Shown: positions 23,641 through 37,944, counted from the whole stretch's first letter. The stretch is 63,013 bases of DNA, filler included, from Octopus bimaculoides (GCF_001194135.2; 6 parts of 5 records of this genome joined end to end with filler, not necessarily neighbours in it); one strand, 5' to 3'. Made by a program: numbers and translations. Notes: a model not told the origin generated them from the sequence alone.

Positions 23641-24679
23641 AGTGGCTCTGGATGACATCCATACCGACGAAGAAGACGGAGAAGGAGAAGAAGTGAAAGA
23701 ATAATAAAAGAATGCGGGATGGTATGATAGTAGTAGGGTGTTAAATGGTCAAGTGACCTAAAAGTGGTTCGTTGTGGATTGTAGCAGTGATTGGGATTGT
23801 TTTTAATGAATTCTTGGGTATCATGTTTAATATTTGTGTGTGTGTTATTCTAAGGTCGTGGTCCATATGGCATTTGTTGTAAATGCGTTTAAAATGGGTC
23901 TGTATTTGTGATAAAGAAAGGCTCTTTATTAATTCGTTGGCTACGGGTTGTATCGTCCCTGAATTGATAGAGGGGAAAAATTCTGAAGCTTGGATTTTTT
24001 TTATTGACGAAATGTCGATGTGTTGGCTGAGTGCAGAGCAATCCTTTGACGTAGACTGTTTTTTGTTTGGCCGATGAATTGCTCGTGACACCCAGAACAG
24101 GTTAGTGCGTATATCAAGTTTTCCGAAGCACATATGAAGCTGCTTTTCACTGTGAAACGTTTTCCCTATTTGAAGGAGAACTATGATCCCTCAATTAAAT
24201 TGACGCATATCCCAGAGTTAAGTCTTCCGCATTTTTTTACTGACATACATATAAAGGAACTATTTTACTATATGCTTCGTGAATCTATTCGATTTCTTTC
24301 TCTTCTTAAATATGTGAGAGAGAACGATTATAAATTAATAATAATTAATCAGTATTTCAGTATCCAATATTACCATAGAATGAAGATCTGATTTAATTTT
24401 GTTTGATTAAATATGTGAAAGACGTGACAAAAGCGAGAAACGGTTCATATATACCTATTAAATGTCAATGTAATTTTAATTGCTAATGAGCGACTTAAAA
24501 ATGAACCAGGACGTTGGAACATATCTATAAACAGCTCAAACAAAGTCGGATAATGTAGACACGTTACACTTGAATTAAAAGAGTCAATTAATGGATCATA
24601 TGCGAATGGCATATGTGGAACTCTCAACGGAAGATGTGGCAACAGCTATTCGGATATTTAAGAACAATAAGACAGCAAG

Positions 24680-25157
24680 TTCGTGAGGAACACATTGACC
24701 TAATTTGCTGACTATTCCCATGGTACGCAGGTGTGATGAATGGTTGAATGGCCAAAACCAAGCTTCTCTGCTAGTTCCTCAACAGTTAGTCTGAGATTTT
24801 GTTTCACCAATGTTGCAGGACGTCACCATCGATCTCTACAGATCTTCCAGGACGCGTCTCGTCCTCTAGGCTGTAGTTTCCGGCTCGGAATTTCTGGAAC
24901 CACTGTTGACGCAGCGTTACGCTTATTGTCCGATCCCCATATACTGCATTAATATTCCACGCACTTTCCGTGGCGTCGTTGCCTTTACTGAACTCATAAA
25001 GCAAACTATGACCAAATATAACCAATATGCTGCATTGTCAATTCCATCATAGTTTTCAAAAATTAACAGTTAAAACCGAACTGGGTTCTTCAAAACTTGC
25101 ACAAAGAATAAATACTAGGTAAAATTGCTACCTGCTTCCCGACTTTTGTTAAGAGTG
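24680..25157 (-). mobile_element. Mariner transposase 5' remnant
   Basis: HSLLYEFSKGNDATESAWNINAVYGDRTISVTLRQQWFQKFRAGNYSLEDETRPGRS (HTH), then KLGQCVPHEL (WVPHEL motif); possible ITR end near 25157. Confidence 0.85.
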
Positions 25158-25209
25158 TATATGTATACACACACACACATGTATATATGTATGTTTGGAT
25201 GTGTGTGTG

Positions 25210-25246
<37 letters not shown>

Positions 25247-26716
25247 NNNNNNNNNNNNNNNNNNNNNNNNNNNNNNNNNNNNNNNNNNNNNNNNNNNNNN
25301 NNNNNNNNNNNNNNNNNNNNNNNNNNNNNNNNNNNNNNNNNNNNNNNNNNNNNNNNNNNNNNNNNNNNNNNNNNNNNNNNNNNNNNNNNNNNNNNNNNNN
25401 NNNNNNNNNNNNNNNNNNNNNNNNNNNNNNNNNNNNNNNNNNNNNNNNNNNNNNNNNNNNNNNNNNNNNNNNNNNNNNNNNNNNNNNNNNNNNNNNNNNN
25501 NNNNNNNNNNNNNNNNNNNNNNNNNNNNNNNNNNNNNNNNNNNNNNNNNNNNNNNNNNNNNNNNNNNNNNNNNNNNNNNNNNNNNNNNNNNNNNNNNNNN
25601 NNNNNNNNNNNNNNNNNNNNNNNNNNNNNNNNNNNNNNNNNNNNNNNNNNNNNNNNNNNNNNNNNNNNNNNNNNNNNNNNNNNNNNNNNNNNNNNNNNNN
25701 NNNNNNNNNNNNNNNNNNNNNNNNNNNNNNNNNNNNNNNNNNNNNNNNNNNNNNNNNNNNNNNNNNNNNNNNNNNNNNNNNNNNNNNNNNNNNNNNNNNN
25801 NNNNNNNNNNNNNNNNNNNNNNNNNNNNNNNNNNNNNNNNNNNNNNNNNNNNNNNNNNNNNNNNNNNNNNNNNNNNNNNNNNNNNNNNNNNNNNNNNNNN
25901 NNNNNNNNNNNNNNNNNNNNNNNNNNNNNNNNNNNNNNNNNNNNNNNNNNNNNNNNNNNNNNNNNNNNNNNNNNNNNNNNNNNNNNNNNNNNNNNNNNNN
26001 NNNNNNNNNNNNNNNNNNNNNNNNNNNNNNNNNNNNNNNNNNNNNNNNNNNNNNNNNNNNNNNNNNNNNNNNNNNNNNNNNNNNNNNNNNNNNNNNNNNN
26101 NNNNNNNNNNNNNNNNNNNNNNNNNNNNNNNNNNNNNNNNNNNNNNNNNNNNNNNNNNNNNNNNNNNNNNNNNNNNNNNNNNNNNNNNNNNNNNNNNNNN
26201 NNNNNNNNNNNTATATATATACACACATCTAAATATAATTATTACGTTACCTTGTGGACGATATTTCATAAATTCAAATTACCATGCAAACACTCAATTC
26301 TCACAGGGTTCAATCCGCCAAAGAATCTCAGGAAATACGATGTGTCTATGATTGAAGTGATATTTCTATAGAAATAAAATGAAACATGAGTTTTCATCGT
26401 GGGGTGGAAAAGTAAATCTTGGCGACAAAGGCTTCTACAATGTGTGTGATGTTTTTTGCTAGATTTTTGTTTTTGTTTCCTAAATACTAAACAACGTAAT
26501 ATGTACCAGTTATAGCTTTGGTAAATACTAGGATTTACATGATACTCAAGACTAGTAAACGGCTGTATTACATTATATGTACCTCTGCACTGACCTGGGG
26601 AATCACTCACAATACTCGTTTTCGGAGTAATCAGTTTAGCCAAATGTACGCAGAAATGCCTCTTATTTGACATGCGTAGATCTATTTCACCTCACTTAAT
26701 ATGTCTTTCTGCCTGC

Positions 26717-26772
<56 letters not shown>

Positions 26773-26779
26773 GTTTTGT

Positions 26780-26925
26780 GTTGTTGGCACTCCGTCGCTT
26801 ACGATGACGAGGGTTCCAGTTGATCCGATCAACGGAACAGCCTGCTCGTGAAATTAACGTGCAAGTGGCTGAGCACTCCACAGACACGTGTACCCTTAAC
26901 GTAGTTCTCGGGGATATTCAGTATG
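26780..26925 (+). repeat. Interspersed repeat family E; copies at 31335-31492(+) and 18010-18130(-)
   Basis: gcactccgtcg.ttacga.gacgagggtt.cagttgatccgatcaacgga.cagcctg.tcgtgaaattaa shared between 26780 and 31335; a diverged reverse-complement match at 18010. Confidence 0.8.
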
Positions 26926-28248
26926 ANNNNNNNNNNNNNNNNNNNNNNNNNNNNNNNNNNNNNNNNNNNNNNNNNNNNNNNNNNNNNNNNNNNNNNNNNN
27001 NNNNNNNNNNNNNNNNNNNNNNNNNNNNNNNNNNNNNNNNNNNNNNNNNNNNNNNNNNNNNNNNNNNNNNNNNNNNNNNNNNNNNNNNNNNNNNNNNNNN
27101 NNNNNNNNNNNNNNNNNNNNNNNNNNNNNNNNNNNNNNNNNNNNNNNNNNNNNNNNNNNNNNNNNNNNNNNNNNNNNNNNNNNNNNNNNNNNNNNNNNNN
27201 NNNNNNNNNNNNNNNNNNNNNNNNNNNNNNNNNNNNNNNNNNNNNNNNNNNNNNNNNNNNNNNNNNNNNNNNNNNNNNNNNNNNNNNNNNNNNNNNNNNN
27301 NNNNNNNNNNNNNNNNNNNNNNNNNNNNNNNNNNNNNNNNNNNNNNNNNNNNNNNNNNNNNNNNNNNNNNNNNNNNNNNNNNNNNNNNNNNNNNNNNNNN
27401 NNNNNNNNNNNNNNNNNNNNNNNNNNNNNNNNNNNNNNNNNNNNNNNNNNNNNNNNNNNNNNNNNNNNNNNNNNNNNNNNNNNNNNNNNNNNNNNNNNNN
27501 NNNNTATATCGAACCAAACTCGTTAATGGTTACCTGCTCTTAACACCACAACACAGTTTTTTATAGTGCAACATATCACAGAACTAATTTCTCACTCTCC
27601 TATTAAGATCAAGACATAATCTTTTCCCTCTAAAAGCCGTCTGAACCATTCCTTCATTTCTTACGTCCACTGATAGTTAAATAAACTTCACTAATCTGCT
27701 CTGGCACATTTGCGCCCCACATTCGACACTTTGTCTCTTCAAAATAATTATTCGTACCAACAGATATATATTACTATATTTTTAGTCAACATGTGTTGCT
27801 TTTCCGAAACAGGTCAATCAAAACTAAGTCTTGTATAGTTGTGTTTATGATCAGAGTGATCTTCTAACGCCAACGTTCCTACAGGCATTCACATAAATAG
27901 ACAACACACTGTATGGACATGAGTTTTGCTTTCGATCACATAAATTCAGATTCTGTATGACTATCCAATTTAACAGAACTGCAATCTTTCAGCATTTTTG
28001 GCATCAATTAATATTTTCATTTTAAGCCTCCTCCATCATATGCCAGTAAAATTAGAATATTAGAAAAAAATAGCAAATGAATAAAAAACATAGTAAAATA
28101 AAATATTTTTCAGACTAGTTTTATGTCAACATGATAACGTTTGTTGCATGGAATTTTTACTCTTTTCTATTTATTAATGGGAAAATACAACTGAAATTTG
28201 TTTAAAAATAGATGCTTAAAGAAACCATAGTGTGCTTCTGTCTTGCAG

Positions 28249-28262
28249 GAAAGACTGAAATT
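28249..28262 (+). other. Candidate 14-nt micro-exon (GKTEI if spliced to the HSD3B-like exon)
   Basis: gcttctgtcttgcAG|GAAAGACTGAAATT|gtaagt: strong acceptor and donor, and compatible with the phase-1 donor at 22161. No protein-level confirmation. Confidence 0.25.
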
Positions 28263-28577
28263 GTAAGTGCTATTTTCTCACAATTTTCTTCCTATATACA
28301 TATGTGTGTATACCTATATCTATATACGCATAACACACTCAAATGCATACACACACACACACACGCATACACGCACATATTATGTATATATACTATGCAT
28401 ATATTCGTACAGATGTATGCATATACACACACATGCATACAGACATATATAAACAGACATAAAAAAGTAAATAGACAGCATAAAACATCGTATTATGTTT
28501 ATTTTAAATTGATATGTTCCATATTTTTTGTTAATTGACATTTTTATGTTTCTAGTTCTTTGTGTGACTATTTAATC

Positions 28578-28780
28578 ATGCCACGTACAAAGGAAGCCTT
28601 GGAGCTATCCGAATTTCAAGCAGGTTGTATGGTGGGACAAACTAACAGTGGACTTGGTGTACAATTTCAGAAAAGCTTGGGATCCCACTTTCTGCAGTTA
28701 ATAGAGTAATTGTGCAATTCAGTAGAGAGGGAAAGCAGCCCACAGCATATTCCCCAGGTTGACCAGGGTAAGAAATTCCT
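28578..28780 (+). mobile_element. Tc1 transposase N-terminal remnant
   Basis: [53 protein letters not shown]...PG*PG: paired-like HTH ending in a GRP-like motif. Confidence 0.7.
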
Positions 28781-29249
28781 CAAGAGAATATTTATCATCT
28801 CAGCAGTAGCAAGCCTAATAGGGTCCTTGCAGTGAAAAATGCAAAGGGTATGTTTGCTAAATATTAGATAATTACATTTTAATAATTGATAAATAGTTTG
28901 GATGTATCATTTCAAATTTAAATAAGTCGTTAAGACATATTTTGTCGTTAAAACAAAAGTAAATAGACACATAAGTCCAGAGCAAATAGACACATAAGTC
29001 CAGAGCAAATATAAATAGCGACAGAGAGGGTCACAGAGACATAATGGAGTGTGTGGGTGGTTTGGCGAGTGAGTGCATGCACGCGTGATTACGTGTGCAC
29101 GTGTACTTGATTAAATAGTGTAATAATCCCCCCACGCACACGCATACAGAATGGTGAAATCGAGTGAAAATAAAATGAAATTAATGAACTTAAACGAGTG
29201 ATATGAATCACTTACATTGAATAACACTCTTATTAAACGGCGAATCGTA

Positions 29250-30050
29250 TATCATTGATGTTTGGTAGCTTGTTCAGTCGTGGTTCGCACTTTCTTTGGT
29301 AAACCAATTTTCTTTATTCGAGTTTCATATATGGTATTGTCTGCCCATTGATAAATTGTGGAAAAAATAATTTTATAGAGGATTATGTTTTTGCACACAT
29401 TTAAAATATTACTCTGAGAGGTATTTGTCAAGTCCTAATATCTTGTATTTCGTGTCGGTCAATCATTAATCTCATTCTTATGGTAAGTTTGGTTTAGCCA
29501 ATTTAACCTTTGCTCTATCTATCGCATTTCATGGCATATGTTAATTTTTTAAAGAACAAGCTGTGTGTTTTTTTCACTGTAAATCTTTATGATGTGTTGT
29601 CAATAAGCTTGTTACGCTTTTCCCAATTAGAATGGACATATTTGAAGCGTCGGTGTTGGGTCTGTAGTCCGTAGTTTTGCACTGGTAAATGTTGATAAAT
29701 TTGGTTGCCATTTCCCCTTTTGTATGATTGAAGTGTGTTTTGTCATTGTTAGGTTTTGAATCATTAATGATATATTCCAATGGATAATGCTGAACGTTTT
29801 AATGTTTCAGTGTTTCTCGGTCTGTGTGTTGAAATTAAAATTTGAGTTTTGCGAGTATTCGAACTAATCTTAAACTTCCGTAATTTTTACCATCTATTGC
29901 TTTGGCCCGTGCTATACCAGTCCCTATTATAATCAACTGGTACTATCTTATTTTCATCACAAGGTGTCTTTTATTCTGAATTTCCGGTTTGGATACAATT
30001 ATTTGTACCCTTTTAGCTTGATTAAATAGAATATCTGTCTTAGTACATAC
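29250..30050 (-). mobile_element. Penelope-like element remnant (RT thumb to GIY-YIG), zinc-linker (Neptune-like) type
   Basis: Minus-strand LFNQAKRVQIIVSKPEIQNKR...IIGTGIARAKAID, and LTYAMKCDR*SKG*IG*TKLTIRMRL...NKEKL...EPRLN; heavily stop-disrupted. Confidence 0.65.
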
Positions 30051-30182
30051 TGGGTTGCACGAAGTACATACTAGGTATTGGTCAGAGTCTATAGAAATTT
30101 ATTAATCTTAATTCAATGTATTCGTCAATTGAGAGACAATCTATTTTTTAATTGGGGAATCAATTCTGAATTTATAATACAA

Positions 30183-30214
<32 letters not shown>

Positions 30215-30257
30215 GATCAGAAGCCAAGAGAGCCATGGCCTGGTACTGCATCCGGAC

Positions 30258-30384
<127 letters not shown>

Positions 30385-30385
<1 letters not shown>

Positions 30386-30662
30386 TACTTCTCAGAGCTG
30401 CTGGTCTTACATGCTCCGGTTCTTTCTTTGGAGGGGCGGACAACAACCTCTTCTCAGAGGTCTCACAAGGTCTCCTTCTGCATGCTATAAGCTTTGGTAC
30501 TTGAATGTTAACTATCGTGGAAGGCACTCAACACCCATCCGCCAGTGTCAAAATCCTAGCTGTTCCCCAATAGAGTAGCTTTCAAGGCCTGTTCTGCCCT
30601 CATGGCGTTTCCAAATTCTCCGATATATTCTTCGAACGTTGTTGTTAGTGCTCCGAGTGTCT
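30385..30662 (-). mobile_element. R4/Dong-like RLE retrotransposon 3' end
   Basis: LGALTTTFEEYIGEFGNAMRAEQALKATLLG/TARIL, then a 3'UTR and a (CAA)n(TAA)n tail at 30259-30385. Confidence 0.7.
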
Positions 30663-30988
30663 ATTATTATTATCTATATAATAATCTCCTTCTTTGTTCG
30701 CTCGTTATACATTAGCTAGCGTTGGAGTTGGAGTGAGTGAGAGGTGGAGTAAGTGAGAACGAGTGTGAGAAATGAAGAAAAAAGAGAGGAAGGTGTAGAG
30801 AGAGGCGATTAATATTCACACACTGAACTCCAATGCGTCGCGTGGTCAGAAGAAATTAGAGTCGAAAACCGAGAGAAAAATAAGATAGAAGTGTTAACGA
30901 CGTGTAGTGGAGTGGGGAAGAAATAGTTATGCGGATAAAAAGTTAGCAAAAGGGAAAGATAGAGAGAGATGACAGGGGAGGCAGTTAT

Positions 30989-31032
<44 letters not shown>

Positions 31033-32814
31033 GGGGAGAAATACAGACAGACAGACAGATAGAAAGACAGAGAGACAGAGAGTGAAGCGGGTAGCGGTAG
31101 AGGTGGTGGTGATAGTGGTGATCGTGGTCGTGGTGGTGTTGGTGTATTGATAATTAATGTTTTTTTTCTTTTACCCATTTTTTTTATAGCGAACATCGCA
31201 TCCGCATAAATGCAATTATTTATTGTTTGCAAGCTTAAAATTGATATTTGTTTATAACGGTTCATTTAACATAAACTTTGGATTGACAAGAAACACGATT
31301 GAAAGTTGCCCGAGAAAGGATACGCATATGTTTTGTAGCACTCCGTCGGTTACGACGACGAGGGTTTCAGTTGATCCGATCAACGGACCAGCCTGTTCGT
31401 GAAATTAAGGTGCAAGTGGCTCAGCACTACAGAGACGCGGACCGTTAACGTAGCTCTCGGGAAGATTCAGTGTGACAGAGAGTGTAACAAGGCGTGCAGA
31501 ATAAAGTGTGAGAGAAAGTTGTGGTGAAAGAGTACAGCAGGGTTCATCAGGACCCCTTGTCGGAGCTTCGTGGAGCTTTAGCTGTTTTCGCGATTCCGCT
31601 GTCCTAACCAGTGGGCCATTGTGCCTCCGCGCATATATAGTGCACAGTTCAAAGAAGAACAGCGAGCAAATGTAATTAAAAAAGGAAAAAGACAACACCG
31701 CTGGAGGAAAAGCTAATCTATGAATGAAAATCATCGTTCTTTCTCAAATAAATCCTCTTAATATATTCCATTCCGTAGAATTTCCACGGGTCCGACTAGT
31801 TACTATTGTTATTAATAAGGCGGCGATCTAGAAGAATTGTCACCACGCCGGGCAATATGCTTAGCGGTATTTCGCCCGATGCTACGGTTCTGAGTTCAAA
31901 TTCAACCGAGGTAAACTTTGCCTGTCATTCTTTCGTGGTTGATAAGTACCAGCTAAAAAATAGGGTCAATATAATTATCTAGTGCTGTCCCACAAAATGT
32001 CAGGCCTTGTACCTATATCAGAAAGGTTTATTATTAAAAAAGCAGCGCGCTGGTAGTATCGTTAGCACGCTGGAGGAAATGCTTAGCGGTACTTCAACCG
32101 TCGCTACGTTCTGAGTTCAAATTCCGCCGAGATCCACATAGCATTCACTTCATCGGGTTCGATAAAATAAGTAGAAGTCAAGTACTAGTGGCGATCGAGT
32201 TGACTTATTACCTCTCTAAATATTCTGTTGTTATTGGTTTCGTCATTGTTTTTATTTAACACTACTGAGAAAATCGTTAGCCCATCGGTATGTATGTATG
32301 TATGTATATATGTAAAAACACACGCGCATACACGCACACAAACACACACACACACACATACACACACACACACATACACACTCACACACAGAGTAAATAA
32401 CATTATAATCTTTCAACCTATATATTGACTACTGAAAATAGTCTAATATTGAGGCATATAAACCATGACAGAGAAAAACGGGTATTAGTGCACATACTTT
32501 AATTACTCATTTTATATACCCCAATATTTGACAATTTCTGAAAGTCAATATATACGGCGAAAACTTCTAATTATACTTACAAAAAACTTATAGATATATA
32601 TATTCTCTCGACAAACATGCGTGTGAATGTGCGCGCGCGTGCGCGCGAGTAAATCTTTTATTCTAATATTCTGAAGTTTTGACAAAATTTCATGGCGTGT
32701 TAGGAATGTCGTTTCCTGAAACAATCATCGTCTACAAAATTTTAGTTTTCTTACAATATTAAATCACGCTAAACAAGACTCGTTCTAAGTTCAAATTTTG
32801 CTGAATCTGTGTTA

Positions 32815-32940
32815 CTTTCAATACAGTGACCATAAGAGCATCACAATAAACAGCAGCACATACCCAAGGCACACAGGGCTGCGCTCGGTAGTGAAGTGAA
32901 ATCACGTTATAAAATTAAAACTACTGAATACTAATAATAG
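32815..32940 (+). repeat. Retroposon 3'-end repeat (family H) with a TAA tail; reverse copy at about 41225-41335
   Basis: catacccaaggcacacagggctgcgctcggtagtgaagtgaaa vs reverse-complement match at about 41250-41300. Confidence 0.7.
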
Positions 32941-32996
32941 TAACAACAACAATAATAATAACAACAACAACAATAATAATGATAATACACGAAGAG

Positions 32997-33437
32997 AGCA
33001 AATATAGGTAAGTGTGGAAGACTGCGTACGTATCGAAGTCGAGCGCTGAACGGGATGCATATCCTAAAGTAAGGAAACCTTGCTAATGCCAGTTAGGTAT
33101 GAGGGAATATTGAAAGTAGAGAGTAAAGAAAAAGAAAATAAAGAAGGTAGAGATCGTCTCCATCATTTTGGGGTCCTTCGTGACAGCATCAGAAGACATC
33201 AAGAGGAATATAAAGAAAATTGGAATAGAGTGCTCAGTCGGACTGTTACAAAAGTTTTGCACACTTTACCCAGCCAGAATAATCTGGAAAGTATTAGATA
33301 GTTGAATAGAACAGATAACATGGTAACATGGTACTGTAGGCAGTAGCCAGCAAATCCGCTACGGATACAAGCCTACAGGCGTTCCAACAAAACCTGTGAG
33401 AAAAAAGAAATCATATTACTAACGTTAATAATGATAA
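32997..33437 (+). mobile_element. R4/Dong-like RLE retrotransposon 3' end
   Basis: KVEIVSIILGSFVTASEDIKRNIKKIGIECSVGLLQKFCTLYPARIIWKVLDS*; TAA arrays on both sides. Confidence 0.7.
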
Positions 33438-34254
33438 TAATATAGCTAGCTAGAGGCGATGGCTTCTTGGAGCTAATTCACGGCAGCTTNNNNNNNNNNA
33501 TTTGCCTCTCATATAAATTAATAATAATTTCATTAAATACGAATTTATGGAGGAGAGGAAATTACATATTGTAAGGTGCATATTTTATTCATAAGCAATT
33601 TCGTTTGATTTGATAGTAGCTTTGCTCATTTATATCACATCAAACTCGCGTTGTTTATATTGTAAAGGCGTATTTCACCAATGGAGAATCGGTAGTTGTC
33701 TTGGGATACCTTTCAGAATTTGAAGGCTTCTATCGCACGCAAACATTTTCGACTTAATGTTTCGCTTCACGAAATTCGTTAATCATCCTCTTTTCAAGGT
33801 ATCATTAATTATTTAACGAAATGTTACTGACAGGATAACCTTGGGGATATGGAAAGTGAGTAAAGACAACGATGTAAATCGTTACAATTCTGAATCCATC
33901 AGTATCTATAATATTGTTTGAAGCAATATTTATATCCTTTGTATTAGCAAAAGAAAATCGTTTGAAATCGCACGTTTCTATAAAAATTATATCTCATTTT
34001 CTGAAATATGATTACAGCACTCCCACTCCGGGTATAGAAATTTTACATATTCATATGAATATTCCTTTTCATATGCTGATTGAAAAATATTCTGCCTATT
34101 AAATTATTAATCTACTCCATTTCACCAACACATAACTACTCTATATCGGATACGTGAGTTGTCAGAAAAGCAACAAGATTTCGTGTGGTGTGTGAGCTAT
34201 GAGCTATGGCTAATGAGCTATGGCTTATGAGCTATACAGATTTTAAGGGGCGAA

Positions 34255-34406
34255 AATTGAGACAGGGCAACTCGAAGATTTTTCACCACGACTACGCGCA
34301 GGCTTTCAATGCACTGTGCATCCTGCAGTTCCTTGTCGAGAACAATGCCGGGTTGAAAAATCTCTCTGCTCACTTGACCTGGTGATGTTTCCTATCCCAC
34401 AATCTC
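34255..34406 (+). mobile_element. Mariner transposase catalytic-domain fragment
   Basis: KIFHHDYAQAFNALCILQFLVENN (HHDNA-like), followed by a degenerate S(P)DL..D.F motif. Confidence 0.55.
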
Positions 34407-35728
34407 AATTTCAACTTTATCCATAGATGGTATATGGTTTTACTTAAACGTTTTTCACATCACTTTTGCTATTGCTGTTAGTTTTCGTTTGTATCTTACT
34501 TACTTTACTTTATTTAACTTAAAAGAATACGATGTTTTGAAATTTCTTAATAGTTCTTAATAGTTTTCAAACCTTTTAAAATTTTATTTAATGCCTGACC
34601 CTAAAGGATCCATGTTATTCCATTATTCCATTATTTGTGGTAGTATAATTACTGTTATTTTATGAGTGACTTAGATAAATCTATACCTTGTTCCATTATT
34701 ATTTTGCATTTGGTGCAAGTTAGTTAACACAAGTTCCTGATTATATAAGATAGTGTGGTCTAATTAAATTAGTACATAAGTATAATGTTCTCTATTAGTT
34801 GTTTAGTTCACCATTGTATTCTATGGTAATTCCAACCATTCATTTTATAAGTTTCTTAAACCTTGATGAGTCCATCATTATAAACCATGTAAATTCTATG
34901 TATCAATTCTTTATAGTACTTATAAAATAAATTTTATCTCTTATGTGTCTTTTAAATAATATTTGATATATAAGTCAAATTTTAATTTTAAAATACTTTT
35001 TAGTCCAATATATATAACAAAAATTTAATTTCACATCTTAACTATGGTTCTTTATATTGGTGTAAATAAGTATTAATGTACTTTACCAAAACATTTTAAA
35101 TCAATACTACTTCATGGTTTTTTGCATACTGCATGTATTGATTAGTTACATCACTATACACTATTTCCTTTTATTTCTTATTTCATTATCAATTCATTAA
35201 TTTACTAATTTATTAATTTATAATTAGCTTTTATTTATTCACATATTAATTAAGCAAATATTGGTATCTCAAAGTTTCCAAAATTAGCATATGTAAAACA
35301 ATACTGATACATCATTCTGATTGATGAAAACTATGAATAAACATATACTGTATCTGTACACATATAGCAACTTTATTTTATATAATTTTGACCTAAGTGC
35401 CTTATGTTAAATCTCCCCTGCTCCATTATAAACTGGTCTGCTAGTAGGGAAAACACCCCAACCTATAATAGTTTGTCACTAAAACCAAAAGTATCTTTAT
35501 AACCATATCACCGATGTATATTGTTTACCCCTTTCTCTTTCTCTGTAAGGAAAAGGCTGGGGCACGCTTAAGCTTTGAATCACTAGGTCTGATAAGATGG
35601 AACAAAAAGACAGATAAAATCAGTGACAGTTAAAATCTTCTTGGAATTAATTACTAGCCTATATGGTCCGGTTAAGTCAAAATGTTTTTTTTTATATTCT
35701 TCCTTTCCACTTGGAGAGTTTAAATGTA
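34407..35728. repeat. About 1.3 kb AT-rich interspersed repeat, copy 2
   Basis: Same orientation and same right-hand end as 19263-20719; abuts a mariner fragment on its left. Confidence 0.85.
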
Positions 35729-37900
35729 GTTACAACAATATGTCCTTCAGTTGAAATAAAATTTCAGTAAATTTCTATATCTTTGTGGAGCTGAGGAATG
35801 CTCTGCCTTTTACATTTAATGTAATGTTCACAATGCTTAAATAAATGGAGTTGCATGAAACGATCGTACTACATTAACTACGAAAATCCTTGTTGCTTAT
35901 TTTGATTTTAATCACCTTATTTTGGAATTGTTTGGGTAATACCATACTTAATTCTGGTGTCTAAACTTAACTACCATATTCACTTTGAATATATATATAT
36001 ATATATGTATATAGGTAGGTAGATTCGCCTTTTTATATGTTAGATGGCAGTTTCTCATTAACATTTTAAGTATTAATAGTGAAACTATTAAAGTGAAAGG
36101 ATCTGACATTACAATAGAGAAATGTTATTGTTCCATTTTTGACACGTAATGCTGAAATAGTGGAAGAGATAAGAGATTGCTCTAGGCTCACATTAGGTAA
36201 GAAGTTGAATCTTTTTGGGCCCATGTCAGTACATACACCGTAAGTGAGGCATATGTAAAGTTTGAATGAAATCAGTTGTGTAATTCCCGAGTTATAGGGA
36301 TTCACACATACAGACACATACATTCTCAGCTTNNNNNNNNNNNNNNNNNNNNNNNNNNNNNNNNNNNNNNNNNNNNTTAATTAATTAANNNNNNNNNNNN
36401 NNNNNNNNNNNNNNNNNNNNNNNNNNNNNNNNTATGTTCCTTATGCATTCCTAAACTGAGTTGCCGATTTTGACTTAAGGGGTATCAAAAGATTCAGTAA
36501 GCTTTTGGCTACCAACTAAGCTATATTTTCATTCACATATTTGCATTACAAAAATTTGACATTATCATTTTACTTATAGTCACCTATCGTAAACAACATT
36601 TTGTATCACCACCACAATGACGTCACATTCTCTATATGAGTGTGTTCGCACGTTCTTTACCTACGTTGTGCCGACGACTGACAAGTATATATGTGTGACC
36701 GTGTATGTGTCTGTCAGTCTGCGTACATTTTTGTGACGACTGACATACCCACACACATCTAAAAAACAGCGACAGACACATACAGGGACAGAAAAAGGCC
36801 AAAATTGTGCGTTAATGCACGCATGTCTGTCTATGTGTCTTAATTTATGTATGCAACGCGCCCACCAAATTTGAAACGCGCCGATATTCAACATTTACTT
36901 CCGGCCTGGATTTCAAACAAACAACAGCATTCACTTTCAAGTACTACCAACATGAAGATTTGGTTGATTTAACATATCTCACAATACTCGCACAATACTC
37001 AGCGGCTCTTTCAATATAATTACAGAAATGTTATTCCAATCCTTATAACCAGTTTCAAGATAATGCTTCTTTTAACAGTCTTGTGTTTTTCATCTCTGTG
37101 AGGATCAACGTCGCACAACCTATTTACTGCGTTACTCAGTATTTATTCTACAGCCTATAATGTTACACGGTTCAAAAATAGCATCTTCCTTTTCAGCGTT
37201 CATTTCTATGAAAAATTGAATTATGCCTTTCGAATTTTCTTGGATTTTCACTTTCTTCATTGTGACATTTATTCAATTGTGAATTTTATCAGATTTAGTA
37301 CTTGTTCCAAATAAATGTTGACTTTCTGTACCTTCTCACATTAGTGACGCATACTAACTTTTGATAAATTGGTGACTTACCATTTTTTATACCATGACCA
37401 TGCTACAGAAAGTATGTTTTGTACCTATATTGACATTCCGTTTTGCTTGAACTTCGTGTGTGGCCGTTTTCCTGTTTTTAATATTATCAATTCTATGAGT
37501 ATGTGTGAGTGTGTGTTTGTGCGTTCGTTACTATAGTAAATAACATTTTACGCTGTTTTAATGAGCCCACATCTAATGAAGAAGCCATCCTTATGGTAGG
37601 TGATCCCATTGAAAATCATGATGTTTTCATTCGTGTTCAAGATATCCATCTCTGTCTGTCTGTCTGTCTCTTCCCCTCTCCCGCACAAAAAAGATGTATG
37701 CATATGTATTTATGGGCGAAGGTCAAGAATACGCACTCCCGGTGTTTAGGGTTACGGTTACGCCGAAAACGGGTGGTGTGCGTATTCGTTACCTCCGCCT
37801 ATTTATGTACGTGTATATGAAAGATAATGCAAAACATCACAGCACAATTTCATACATCACAACACACACCTTCACTCACTCACTCACTCACTCACTCATG

Positions 37901-37944
<44 letters not shown>

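Noticed and set aside
28961-29011. 23-bp tandem duplication (and gagctatg repeats near 34195-34235)
   Set aside because: Ordinary slippage duplications with no further structure.
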